Assembly (NCBI RefSeq): GCF_001194135.2
Contig: NC_068995.1
Span: 33,491,218 to 33,555,217 of the forward strand
Direction: 5' to 3'
Source: Octopus bimaculoides
Taxonomy: Eukaryota
Length of the DNA stretch: 64,000 bases
Below the pieces are notes generated by a model. That model made no database searches and was not told the origin of the DNA. It was given only the letters and a program-made list of their open reading frames with translations. Positions 12,970-26,409 of the stretch are shown here, one piece after another. Made by a program: the position numbers and the translations under genes. How positions within the stretch are numbered: position 1 is the stretch's first letter; every line of letters starts with the position of its first letter.

Positions 12970-13272
12970 CAGTGGTTCTTAACCAGTGTTCGTATGACCC
13001 CTGGGGGTTCATATAAGATTTTGGGGGTTTCCACTCAAACAATGTAGTAAATTGAGGAGCCACAGTAGTATATTAAGGTTCAATTAAAAAAAATTACTTT
13101 AGATGTTTTTATTGCAAGAAACAGCTCAGTTAGTTTCTTTCTCTCTTTTACACAGTTCAGCCTACACAAGTTAATGTGTGAAAATCAAAATAGGGATTTT
13201 GAAAGAAATATCTATGGCGTAGCAATGGTGGTGGTAGGTGTCCATAGGTAAAAAAATGATTGAAAACCGCTG
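12970..13272. mobile_element. hAT (Charlie-like) MITE
   Basis: Termini cagtggttcttaacc ... gattgaaaaccgctg; interior related to the copy at 51502-51818 in the opposite orientation; TSD degenerate. Confidence 0.7.
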
Positions 13273-14839
13273 GTCTAATTCCTGCTCTCATGTCAAGCTT
13301 GTCATCTAGACTGATGGAAAACAGTACAGAATCAAGGTGTTGTCAACCAGTTTTCCATAATCACATAGTTAGCTAATTGGAGTTCTACAAGTTCTATGCC
13401 AATTACTTTTGGAAGCAATTGTGCTTCACTTTTGAATCAGTGGAGACAACTGTGCAACAGCTAACTGAAAACACCCTCCACAATCCTTAGAAATCAATTC
13501 CTCCAAGTGGTTCAGTCTGGTTGTACAAGCAAATGGTAATATATACACAACCTCCTGGTGTAAAGTCACCACTATTAACTGAAAGCATTTACTCATCACT
13601 GCTATGTTTTGAAGATAGCCATCAAGAAAGAGAAGTATGCATTTCTGCACCGTAGTTGCAAGCTCTTTTGTATCCCTAAATTTTGTTTAGGCCTTCTGGC
13701 TCATTGCCAACTGAAATTAACTTTGCAGAATCTTCCTATACACCTTTCCTTAGCCAAGAGGGTTTTTTTAAGTAACATTCCTGTTGATAAAGCCACTGAA
13801 TTTACTACTTATTTTGCTTTCCACTTATTCACACTCAGTGTGTGTTTGTGCACACACATACACACACACTTCAGTAATAATCCTCCCAAACTCTCTTCAA
13901 TTTGCTTGTCTCGGTACTGTGCTCACACAATTAATGAGTAGAAAAGAAAGGGTTTGATAAAATCACAAACGTACACCTAATGCATTCAGGACCTGAAAGA
14001 ATCTTTGCACTTAACTAATGTCTGCCACTTTTCATACCATGTACAAGCTTCTACATAGTTGCTTGGTTGCTAGAAATAACACCTATTCCTGCTTTAAATC
14101 TCATTCTAATGCCTTAAAAATGAGGTGGGGGATGCATTTTTTTTTATTGGTTAGTCAGAGGAAGCAGGATAATGCCCATGATCTTTTCCACTGCTTCTAA
14201 GACTAGTGGAAAGGAAATTATCTTCCAGAAATCTGGTCTGAAATCTTGCAAAAAATGGACTCAGACTGGATCAAAAGGATAGGTGGTGCTATTCAACTGG
14301 GTAGTGGATTAACTCCACCACCCTTTTGGAGAATGTACTCTTAGACACCCCTAGAAAACTGATGTGGTCACACATGGAATATCTCTGATCATAGGTCTTC
14401 TAGCTCAGAGTTTATCTGGAAGATGTATGATCAACAACTATTTATACCAACATTGCCAAATTTCCAGAATCTGGAAAGTGGATTAAATCATCACAGTTTT
14501 AAAGCCCAACAAAACTCAGTTGCATTACAATACCATCATTCATTTCCACACACTAAAAGAAAGTATTAGAAAAACTCATCCTTTGTAGCCCTTGCAAACC
14601 CCTTCCACAAGTTATAGCATAAATTCAGTTGACTACACTCAACTGTTACTCATCCCCCCCCCATCATTTCCAAGGCTGTGGTGAAAAAAAGTTGGAAAAA
14701 TTCCCACCAAAACAGAGAATGGGGACATAAATGCACCAACACCAGTGACATGCAAAGGCTTGAAAGAAATGAAGCTAATATGCTCTGCTGGATATGCAAT
14801 GTCAATGTGCACATATGACAGAGTGTGTCTTAAGACAAA

Positions 14840-15245
14840 AATTGGGCTCAAGAGGCATCAGATGTAGTGTGCAAGAGAGAAGACTAAGCTGGTATGGTCA
14901 TGTGATGTATGTGGACAAGACAGCTGCATAAAGAAGTATTGATCTTTAACTGTAGAGGGAATCTGTGGAAGAGGTAGACCAGGAGGATGAGATGGTGAAA
15001 TATAATCTTTCGATGTTGAGTCTCACAGAGGTGACGACAAGTTAGCGAGACTTTTGGTGAGTTGCTATGCTTGAGAAGACATATCAAGCTAGTGAGTTCA
15101 TAGTTGTGGTTAGTAAAAAGCACCCAGTACACTCTGTGGGTTGGTGTTAGGAAAACAGCCTAGTGAAGCTATCTGACTTACCAGTCCTAGTCAAACCATC
15201 TAAGCCATGCCAGCATGAAAATGAATACTAAATGATGATGATGGC
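14840..15245 (+). mobile_element. RTE-clade LINE 3' fragment with (GAT)n tail
   Basis: Homologous to the 25900-26370 RTE C-terminus (WYGHV...EGTCGRGRPRKTW-like); ends in atgatgatgatg. Confidence 0.7.
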
Positions 15246-17543
15246 ACCCATAAACCATATAATATCTTTTACATAGAAGACAAAAATACAAGGCTTTAAT
15301 TACAATATTTTCAGAATGTTCACAGATTGTTTACTGTCTTGTGCACATTCTGTTCACAAAATGTGCAGGAGACAGACAAAGTGATGCAATGCACAAAAAT
15401 ACATAGAACATTTATGAGTACATGAAGCCAACAGAAAGAAACCATCACTATGGTGTACAACTAATCTTTTAACACTTTGCTTAAAGTGTCCACCATAACT
15501 CTTATCCTGCCTGTCATTCAAGAGGGCTCTTCAGTCTTACACAGCAACCTCAATGCTGATGTTGCAAAAAAACGTACCCAATATACTTTGCAAAGTGGTT
15601 GGAATTAGGAATGGGATCCATTTATAAGAATTATTGCAAAACTGAGTCACTGGAGCAGGATGAATGACACTAATTATATAATAATGATGCTCAGTTTACA
15701 ACTACCACATGATGTCGAAATGAAGAGGGGCATACACATAACCAGAGTTTTCAAAAATTGCTTCTCGCTAGATTTCACAACTGATCTGTGATAGCAATCT
15801 ATCATATTTAACATTGCGAAAACTGCGTCCAAAAAAACTAGTTTTCCTCAGCTGAAATAAGTTGCTGATTCTCTATAAAATTCAAATAAGACCCACATTG
15901 GAGTACAATTCTCATATCTTACCAGTGCTGGTACATGCACTATCAACCTACACAACATACAAAAGAGCCAATGTGGGAGCCTCTACATCAATGCTTGACT
16001 TGCTAAAAATAGAAACCAGATCTTCCTCATATAACACTCTACTGCCATGAAAAAGAAAAGATATATTGGATAATGTAGCTCTAGGTATACAAAAAAGATA
16101 GTTGGAATTATTTTAATTATATGTTTGCTCCATGAGATTAACAGCAACAATAACTTCTAAAAGAAGGAAAGGTTAGCTAATTGGAAAATATTAACACACC
16201 AACTAACTTTCACCTCTGAACCAGAAATGCACTGTTTCTTCTTTCAAGCTGGCTTCTTCCTCTTCTGAACCAGGGTGAAATGAGTATTGAAATTCAATGA
16301 TCTACTAAATCAGGAGTGTCAACCATTGCAAGCCAGGTATAGCTTGTGGCAGTGTTTAATACTTGTTACCCTCACTGCTTCATCAGGTCCCAGTGAGTTT
16401 TTTCTACATTGTCCTACAATTGTTGGAATTGAATATTAACCACATCAATTCAACCTGTTTGGGAGAGCATACAATAATTACAACCACTGGCTCTCTTCCA
16501 TTGGATTAACTTGAAAAAAAAAAAAATGAAATGTTTTAATTCTACTGCAAACAGATCTTTAATTTTATTTAAACTTTAAAAACATATAGTTATGATTTTA
16601 TTGAATCATATTTTTAAGAATCTGAGTTTAGAATAATGAATCTTATTATAACTATTGTAATAACTAACATATGAATTAATAAAAACTAAGATAAAGAAAA
16701 TAACCATTTAGTTTTGACATCAATAAGGTGAATTTCTTTCCCTTTTTTCTTTGAAATTCTCAGATGTAAATTTTGTTTCTTTATTTTCTTACATGACATT
16801 GTTGCTGCATAGCCAAAGGTCAGCTTTGATCCAGCAGATCTCTTGTTTAGATATAGTTTATGTTGAGTACTACATTATCCATTATCCAATCGCTTACCTA
16901 CAAAATTGAAAGGATATTATTTTTCTCAGCCCTTACGTTATCCCAACTGCTCTTGCTATTTTCCCCTAGTGTTGTTAAGGTTCCCAATCTTGGTGTAGAT
17001 GCTTCTTTGGTTATATTTTACATTATTTTTATTTCTTAGTGATTACAAATTAACTCCCCTTTGTTATAGTTTATCATCCGAGACCATGCCTATATTTCAT
17101 TATAAACATTAAAGGTATTACAATTAACATCAATGATTTTGATGTGAAGTTGTTTTCTCTGTCTGAAAACTGGTGAAAATATGCAAGTCTATATATCTGC
17201 TTTTTCGTACTGGCATGAGCTGGATGGGTTATCATCGTCTGAAAGGTGATAGAAAGTTTCATGATGAATGTTGGCAAAGAGTGGAGAAACAAGAGTGATG
17301 AAAGGCTAAAAGAGATAAAATATGTACTAGAGTGAAATGAGTATTGAAATTCAATGATCTACTAAACCAGGAGTGTCAAACATTGCAAGCCAGATGCAGC
17401 TCGTGGCAGTGTTTAATCAATTTTATATAAAAATAAATTTTTTAATTTTAAAATATTGCATAAAAGTTATCTTGCTAGCATGTGTTTAGAATTGGATCTC
17501 AACCAAAGTTTTGATTAATATTGGTTCAGTTAGTGAAATCAGT

Positions 17544-18328
17544 GGATCTTTCTGATTTGGCGGGCGCCACTTTTTATTTATGTTTTATTTATTGTTTTCT
17601 ACCGAAATATTTTAAAACTTCGTATACTTGTATATTTTGTCTTATAGAACAGATAAAAAATTTTGTATTCGAAGTTATTTCATGTAAAAAAATTGTCGTA
17701 TTTCGGTAATTTCAACCAATCACTGATGTCTATTGAGGTGAAAACAATTACTGCTGTGGAATGTAAACAACATGTTTTAGCAGTGTAATGGGATCTTTTC
17801 CCTTGAATAAAATTAGTGCCGTTGTTTGTCAACAACAACTTTCAGCGGTACTCTTATTTAGTACATCGTTCGTGCGTTTGGGTTATGAGTATTTTTGCCA
17901 CATTTGGTGAAAATCTGTTCAATACACCGACACAACCAAATTTGGCAAAAATATTCATAACCCTGACCCTAACCCTAAAACTAAAACCAGTACAAACGCA
18001 CAAACGATATCGTAAATAACAATACTGCTGATAGTTGTTGTTGACAAACCACTGCACTAATTTCATTCAAGGGAAAAGATCCCATTACACCGCTAGAACA
18101 TGTTGTTTACATTCCACAGCAGTAATTGTTTTCACCTCAATAGACATCAGTGATTGGTTGAAATTACCGAAATACGACAATTTTAACACGAAATAACTTT
18201 CAAAAGATAAAATTTTCTCAATAACACTAAGAGTAAAAGATGTTTTATATGACACATTCTACCTGTGTCCTAAGTTTGAAAGTGTTTCGTTAAGAAAACA
18301 AGTGGTGCCCGCCAAATCAGAAAGATCC
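17544..18328. mobile_element. Foldback MITE with GGATC termini, 8-bp TSD and internal CCCTAA-like repeats (Merlin-like)
   Basis: TIR ggatctttctgatttggcgggcgccactt / aagtggtgcccgccaaatcagaaagatcc; perfect TSD aaatcagt at 17536-17543 and 18329-18336; long internal palindromic arms. Confidence 0.88.
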
Positions 18329-20603
18329 AAATCAGTTCACCTTAGGGAGTCTTTTGTTATCTGAACCAATGATGAAGAGGCTTATGAATCCATGTACTAA
18401 AAAACGTGACCTATTTCTCCTTCACTTTGTCTTTATATACTGAGCTAAATGATTTTTTGGGTCAAATTTATGTACATATTTAAATGGATTTTAGTAATAT
18501 GAATGATATTGAAAAGTTTTGCAGTTGAAACAATGCCAGCTTTTCATCAGACATTGATCTTCTCAAGAACTATGCATTGATTTAGACATTTTCTGTCTCA
18601 TACTTAATTAGTCTGTATACATACATACATACATAGCTTGTAGATGAGTTTTTCTTTCACATCTCTGCATACAAGTTTTGCTAACACCTCATATTTTTTT
18701 CCTTTTTATATTGTTAATTAAATTTCTATAATATACTAGCTTAAAAGCTGCACTCTGTGCAAACTTTTAAGCTAGCTTTTGCAGAGGGCTAATTGGGCCT
18801 ATCACCCAAAACTAAAGAGAGCAATAATTAAGCATTTATTGGTACCCTACCAATATGATATTATTTTAAATTCAGTTTAAATGATAAACTTGTAAGTTCA
18901 CAAATTTTTGGTGTTCTTTTTAAAATTTGAATTTTCAACTGTTAGCATACAACAAAACCTGATCCCAATGCTGGATGTTCAAGAACCAAATGAAGGGCAG
19001 ATTTTCAATCCTAGGATCATCTTGATTCCAAAAAGGTATAATATGTCTGTAGAGCAAATGTAGACTGAGGTACAGGGGTCCTGGATGGACGGACAAGCAG
19101 AATTTCGCATTTATTATTATAGATACCAACACCTTTATTTACTTTGGTCTATGTTGTGAATTGAATTTTTAATAATAATCGTTCCATTTGACCCATGAAA
19201 TCTAGTTTATGCTTTAATTTACCCAACAAAACCAGATGATTTTGACATCTGTGTACTAAACCTTTGAAAGCAGTACCCCACCCCACCATAGTGACTGCAG
19301 CTAGTAATGAAAGAAAATGGAGCCCTTGTTCCATTAAATGTGTATATATTGGGCTACTAAAGAATGTAATTAATCACAAATTAATTTAGAAAATTTACTC
19401 ATTTGAGTTTACATTCAAACTACTTTTTTCTTGCAGTGAGGGTACTGTAAATGTTCTCCTTCAAAGCATCTCCTTTGTCATTGTATCAACTATATCAATC
19501 ATTGGAGATAACATGTTCCTGTGCTACCTGATTAGGGAGCTTCTATGCTGTTGGTTGACTTGCTGGGTATAGTTGCTAAATTTTCCTCATCACACTCTGC
19601 TGCCTCAAAATGAGACCATTATATAATGTAGTCATAGCTATACTGTTTGAATCTCTTTTTATCAATGATCTGCTCAATCAGAACTAACCTGGGGTTAAAT
19701 CACAACTTCATTAACTCAGTATGTAGGCATATTATCTAAATATCCCAACACTTCTATCATCTTAGTAAGTATCTTGGAGGGATCTACAGCTTAATTATAC
19801 TAAAACTCAGCCTCAGTAACTGGCTATGTTTTTCACCTTCGTTTGGGCTAGTATCTCTCTATGCAATTTATATATATTAATCTCTTGTAGTGATAATTCC
19901 AATTTTTTTTTTTTTTTACTTTAAGGACAATTAAGTTTTGACACAATTCTCAATGACGTCCTGGTTCATATAAATACATTGCTAGGTCCTTGCCTTTTTA
20001 GAGTGTAGAACAACATTAACAAATCTCTTGGCTATCCCTACTCTCTATTTATTCTTGAAATTTCTAATACCGTTGTGTTTATTCTCGAAAATCCATGCTG
20101 CTAAAGATCAGACTCGCTCCGCTTTTACATTCAGATTTTTAATGAAAATTTCAGGGTTATTTCCCTTGCTTTTCATTTTTGACCAGATTTAGTGATTTAG
20201 AAAACGATTATTTTCATCACTTAAAGTCAAATTTAAAAACCAGATTCACTCCGCACTGGAGTCCATATTTAATTAATTTTAATTAAAATTTCAACGTTGT
20301 CTCCTTTTGTCCGCTTTTTTATTGATCATTTAGAAATAAATCGTTCTTATAACTGAGGGTGTAATTTTAATTAATTAATATTTCTTGGCTATAATAGCAA
20401 TTAAAACAATGTTGGGATCATATTCCACTTAGGACAGAAATTGGGGTTGATAACCATTTGCTGGTATGACTAAATTCACTACATGTGTGGTAGGTTGTAA
20501 GATTATCACTGTCTTTCCGAAGTTTGTTCTATATCATAGAACTCCAGCAGCTTTATTTAACTCCTTATTCCTTGCATTATGACCATTATCTAGGATATCT
20601 ATC

Positions 20604-21000
20604 GGAGGCACAATGGCCCAGTGGTTAGGGCAGCGGACTCGCGCTCATAGGATCGTGGTTTCGATTCCAAGACCTGGCATTGTGAGTGTCTATTGAGCGA
20701 AAACACCTAAAGCTCCACGAGGCTCCGCCAGGGGATGGTGGTGAACCCTGCTGTACTTTTCCACCACAACTTCCTCTCACTCTTACTTCCTGTTTCTGTT
20801 GTACCTGTATTTCAAAGGGCCAGCCTTGTCACACTGTGTCACGCTGAATGTCCCCGAGAACTACGTTAAAGGTACACGTGTCTGTGGAGTGCTCAGCCAC
20901 TTGCATGTTAATTTCGCGAGCAGGCTGTTCCATTGATCGGATCAACTGGAACCCTCGACGTCGTAAGCGACGGAGTGCCAATAACAACAACAACAACAGT
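20604..21000 (+). mobile_element. Young tRNA-derived SINE, full length
   Basis: A box tggcccagtgg, B box ggtttcgattcc, (CAA)n tail, TSD atatctatc (20595-20603 and 21001-21009). Confidence 0.9.
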
Positions 21001-21109
21001 ATATCTATCTCTCTTGATAATCATCCAAGCATCACTGTTAAATTAACGGCTAGTAAGACTGGTTGCCATCACTGTTGAAATTGACAACTAATGTGACTAG
21101 TTGACATCA

Positions 21110-21570
21110 TCATCATTTAATGTCCATTTTCCATGCTGATTTGGCATTGTTTCTATGGCTGGATGCCCTTCCTAGCACCAACCACTCCAACTGTGTAACG
21201 GGTGCTTTTTTACATTCCACCAGCACAGGTGCCATTTACATGACATTGGCAATGGCCACGACTAAAATTTTACTTGACTTGACAAGTCTTCTCAAGCACA
21301 GCATATCGCCAAAGGTCTCAGTCACTTGTTAATTGCCTCTGTCAGACCCAACATTCGAAGATCGTGCTTCACCACCCCCTCCCATGACTTCCTACATCTA
21401 TCTCTTTCACAGGTTCCCCCCACAGTTAGAGACTGGCACTTCTTTACACAGCTGTCCTCATTCATATGCATCACATGACCATACCAACACAGTTGTCTCT
21501 CTTGCACATTACATCTGATGCCTCTTAAACCCAGTTTTTCTCTCAAGACGCTTACACTGTCGTATATGCA
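21110..21570 (-). mobile_element. RTE LINE 3' fragment / RTE-tailed element
   Basis: The minus ORF 21322-21576 gives LREKLGLRGIRCNVQERQLCWYGHVMHMNEDSCVKKC; (ATC)n tail at about 21110. Confidence 0.75.
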
Positions 21571-21739
21571 CATCACTGTTGAAATTGACAGCTGTCATTG
21601 CTTAAGAAAATGTCGACTAGGACAGCTTGCTATCATCAACTGTCATCAAAGTAATTAGCATAAATGCTTTAAAGATCCATATCATTTAGTTGTTTATCAA
21701 TTACATGTGGTACATAAGTGTTGCTATCATTCTGTTACT

Positions 21740-22128
21740 TTGTGGAGGCGCAATGGCCCAGTGGTTATGGCAGCGGACTCGCGGTCATAGGATCGTGGTT
21801 TTGATTCCCAGACCGGGTGTTGTGAGTGTATATTGAGCGAAAACACCTAAAGCTCCATGAGGCTCCGACAGGGGATGGTGGCGAACCCTGCTGTACTCTT
21901 TCACCACAACTTTCTCTTACTCTTACTTCCTGTTTCTGTTGTGCCTGTAATTCAAAGGGTCAGCCTTGTCACACTGTGTCACGCTGAATATCCCCGAGAA
22001 CTACATGACGGGTACACGTGTCTGGATAGCTCAGCCACTTGCACGTTAATTTCATGAGCAGGCTGTTCCGTTGATTGGATCAACTGGAACCCTCAACGTC
22101 GTAAGTGATGGAGTGTCAACAACAACAA
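21740..22128 (+). mobile_element. Young tRNA-derived SINE, full length
   Basis: Same family as 20604-21000; TSD cattctgttact (21728-21739 and 22129-22140). Confidence 0.9.
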
Positions 22129-24249
22129 CATTCTGTTACTCATTTTAACTGCTTTAAACCACCTGCAGATAGGGTCTTGATCCTCTGAAAAGAATTTGAA
22201 TATGTATATACAGGTAGGGTATACATACATATATTTATATTGCAAAGTAGTTGCTAGTATAATTGATGTAACAGATATCTAAAAGAAACTTTAATTAAAT
22301 ATTGATTGCCATAGAGAGTGAATTTGATATTCAGAAGAACCTGCTTACATCTTACTAGGCCACCTCAACAAAGTATAATTTATCTGGACAGGTTTCTATC
22401 TTGCTAGGCCTTCTCAGCAAAGCATAGTCTTTTCATTACTGCAAATATAAGATGACTGAAGAAATAAAATAGCATCTTTATTAAAGGTAAAACTCACTCC
22501 TTCTGCATTCTATATATTACCAAACTTTTGGGCTGTCTGGCTTCTCTTCTTTTATCTCTTCTTTATTTTACTAGGCCTATTCATTTAGGTATTGTCATTT
22601 TCAACACTCAAGATGTACTTTTAATTAATTGAAATGTTTTGGTTTACTGCATCAAGTATGTACTATTAAGCTTTCGTGCAGCTGAAGTCACTGGATATCC
22701 TTCCTTTGTCAGCTTTCAATAGCTATGTATATACATATTTAGCTGAGCTTCAAGCCACACATGTATGCCTTTGCATGTGAAGATGTTAAAATAAATGTCA
22801 GGTTAGTGTGTAAACACACAAAATGGATTTAAGAGGTATGGTTGTCTTCAGTAACTTGAGTAGAAGGTTATAAGTTATGGAGGAGTGGTTGTTTGTTATG
22901 AAATAGGTATATCTGTAATGTCAGGAATGAAAGAGGTGGGTGTTTACATTTGAATTGTTTTATGTAACCTATTAATGCATAGTGCCACAACAATAAGACT
23001 GTATGAAGTATTCATTGCTTCTAGTTACTTAGTTTTCTATCTTTAGTGGTTAGGGTAATTGGCTCACAATTGAAAGGTCATGAGTTCGATTCCCAGCAGT
23101 GCATTGTGTCCTTGAACAAGTCTCTTTATTTCATGTTGTTCCAGTACACTCAGCTGACAAAAGTGAGTTGTACTTGTAATTCAAAGGGCCAGTCTTGTCA
23201 CATTCTGTGCCACACTGAATCTCCCTCTTAACAGTACACATGTTTGTAAGATACTCAGCCACTTGTTGTGTGTGAGGGCGCAAGGCCTAGTAGTGAGGGT
23301 GTTGTACTCACGATTGCGAGATCGTGGTTTCAATTCCTAGACTAGGTGGTGCATTGTGTTCTTGAGCAAAACACCTCATGTTGTGTTGCTCTGCGATCAC
23401 TTTAACACCTGACATGTGGGGGTACACAGTGCACCTGTTCAGACAGTGTTGATTTGATGAGAGAGTGAGCTAATGTGCGAAACAAATCATTTGTGCAGTT
23501 TGTTTGGCATAAGCTGAACACTCATACATCATTTTCAATGGCAGAGTCTCTACGTTCAAATACATCACTGGTAACTCTGAGTTATTTCCCTTAGCTGATT
23601 TTTGTTTAATGTATGAAAATAATCTAGGCCATAAGTGTGTTCTACAATTTTTTAATATAAGCCCAAGTATCTTGGCTACTGAAGGTAATATCAGACAATT
23701 GTCATGCAGATGATAACTATAGAACCAGAAACACGTGTCCACAACTGTCCTCTTATCTGTGGACAAGAAGCCTGTCCTTTTCTTTACTTGCATGTCAACT
23801 TTGAGAAATCCTTGAATCTTGAGATTATCTCCCTTCCTTAAAGGGAGTTAGTCTTAATTGCCATTTGGTATTTATGTATTCCCTTCTATCCCCATCTTTA
23901 TCCATTTGCCATTCTCCTTTCAGCTCTTGCAAGCTTACTTACCTACTCACTCACCCTGTCCAATCCTCTCTCTACCACTTCACTTATATTCATCTCCTTG
24001 TAACTTGAAGCTAGGCTCTGACATTTTTTCGCCACCATTTCTCTCTCCTCTACATCCTTTTTTCCAAATGGGGTGGTCATATATCTCCCATACCTATAGA
24101 TACTTCACTATAAAAATACAGAGGATGTAAGATAGGAGATGTAAAAATAGTGATGGGAGTAAGTCAATCGCTGAAAGATTATTAAAAAAGAAAGACTTAG
24201 AACTACAAAATAATGCTTGAGAGTTTACACTTAAGACAATACAACACTA

Positions 24250-24284
<35 letters not shown>

Positions 24285-24704
24285 ATTACTTGTTTCAGTA
24301 TTTAGATTGTGGCCATGCTGGGGCACCACCTTGAGAAACTTTTGGCCGAACTAATTGACCTCAGTACTTATTTTTGTTAAGCCTGGTATTTATTCTCTCA
24401 GTTCCTTTTGACGAACTGCTAAGTTATGGGGATGTAAACAAACCAACACTGGTTGTCAAGTGGTGGTGGGAGACAAACTTTGATGTAAAGACACATAGAT
24501 ACACAACAGGCTTCTTTCAGTTTCCATTTACCAAATCCACTCATGAAGCTTTGGTTGGCCTGAGGCTATAGTAGAAGACATTTGCTCCAGGTATTACACA
24601 GTGTAACTGAACCTGGAACCATGTGGTAGGGAAGCAAGCTTCTTACCTCTCATTCCAGGAGAAAACCAATATATTATTGCNNNNNNNNNNACATATATAT
24701 ATAT

Positions 24705-25283
24705 CATCATCATCATCATCATCATTTAACGTCCGCCTTCCATGCTAGCAAGGGTTGGACAATTTGACAGAGGACTGGCGAACCAGATGGCTACACCAGG
24801 CTCCAATCTGATTTGGCAGAGTTTCTACAGCTGGATGCCCTTCCTAACGCCAACCACTCTGAGAGTGTAGTGGGTGCTTTTACGTGCCACCGGCTTGAAG
24901 GTCACGCTCAAAATGATGTATTTTACGTGCCACCTGCACAGGAACCAGTCCAGCGGCACTGGCAACGACTTCGCTCGAATGTCTTTGCACATGCCACCGG
25001 CACAAGTGCCAGTAAGGCGACACTGGTAACAATTACGCTCAAATGGTGCTATTTACGTGCCACTGGCATGGAAGCCAGACAGCTGCTCTGGCAACAATCA
25101 CACTCAGACAGTGCTGTTAGTGCCCCACTGGCACAGGTGCCAGTCATCGAATATGGTTCAATTACGATTTCGATTTCACTTGCCCCAACAGGTCTTTGCA
25201 AGCCAAGTTTAGTGTCCAAAGAAGGAGAGGTTGGCATGGGTGCCAGTCGTCAAATTTGGTTCGATTTTGATTTCACTTGCCTC
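24705..25283 (-). mobile_element. RTE LINE 3' UTR with internal CpG-rich tandem units and (ATC)n tail
   Basis: atcatcatttaacgtccgccttccatgctagc... is the reverse complement of the tail at 26290-26378. Near-identical copies at 28743-28928 (+), 32893-33206 (-), 40085-40227 (-) and 56260-56684 (+). Confidence 0.8.
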
Positions 25284-25313
25284 ATATATATTGTATTATA
25301 TATATATATATAT

Positions 25314-26378
25314 GCCTTAGAGTCAACCTAGCTAAAACCAAAGTCCTAATAAGTAGAAAGGTAGACAAACCACAAACCCCTTCAGGTAGATGGCCCTGCT
25401 CAATCTGTAGAAAAGGCGTAGGTAGAAACTCTACAAGATGTACCCAGTGTAAGCTATGGACACATAAGAGGTGCAGCAATATCAAAGGAATGCTAACTAG
25501 CAAGATAGTTCTTGTATGTGGCAGATGCTCAGGAGCAATAAACACTGAAAATGTGCAGAGAACAACTTCTGCACATTCCAGGGAGAAAAAAACTAGAAGT
25601 AGTTGATAGCTTGTTACCTAGGTGACCAAGTCAGTAGCGGGGGAAGGTGCGCTGAAAGTGTAGCTGCTAGAAAAAGAATAGCCTGGGCTAAGTTCAGAGT
25701 GCTCTTACCTCTGCTGGTGACAAAGGGCCTCTCGCTCAGAGTAAAAGGCAGACTGTATGACATGTGTACGAACAGCCATGCTACATGTCAGTGAAGGATG
25801 GGCCGTGACTGCAAGGAATGTAGCCAGTATGCACCGATGGATGTGTAATGTTAGTGTGCATACTCGACAGAGTGTTAGTACCTTGAGAGAAAAGTCGGAT
25901 CTAAGAAGCATCAGTTGTGGTGTGCAAGAGAGACAATTGCGCTAGTATGGACATGTGGCAAGAATGGATGAGGCTAGCTGTGTGAAAAAGTGCCATAGCC
26001 TAGCAGTTGAGGGTACCTGTGGAAAAGGTAGACCCAGGAAGACCTGGGATGAGGTGGTGAAGCACGGCCTTCGAACATTAAGCCTCACCGAGGCAATGAC
26101 TAGTGACCGAGACCTTTGGAAATATGCTGTGTGTGAGAAGACCCAGCAAGACAAGTGAGACCACAACCCGTGGCCTTTACCAGGGGTGTAGCCAGCCCAC
26201 TTATGCATACCTTTCCTTCTTTGGACACAAATCCCTGCTTGCAAAGACCTGTTGAGGCAAGTGAAATCGAAATCAAACCAAATTCGACAGCCATCTGGTT
26301 CACCAGTCCTCAGTCAAATCGTCCAACCCATGCTAGCATGGAAAGCAGACGTTAAATGATGATGATGATGATGATGAT
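25314..26378 (+). mobile_element. RTE-clade LINE, 5'-truncated: RT C-terminus with PHD-type finger, frameshifted
   Basis: RVNLAKTKVL ... CSICRKGVGRNSTRCTQCKLWTHKRC...CGRC; YLGDQVSSGG..ESVAAR.RIAWAKFR.LLPLL; GRPRKTWDEVVK; (GAT)n tail. Confidence 0.88.

Positions 26379-26409
<31 letters not shown>

Noticed and set aside
18946-19035. 90-nt symmetric exon candidate (IQQNLIPMLDVQEPNEGQIFNPRIILIPK)
   Set aside because: Weak donor (gtataa), no recognisable homology, and it appears to lie within a decayed repeat.
20604-20680. Functional tRNA genes (also at 21740, 49900, 2721 and 46802)
   Set aside because: They have A/B boxes but no complete cloverleaf, and run into SINE bodies, tails and TSDs.
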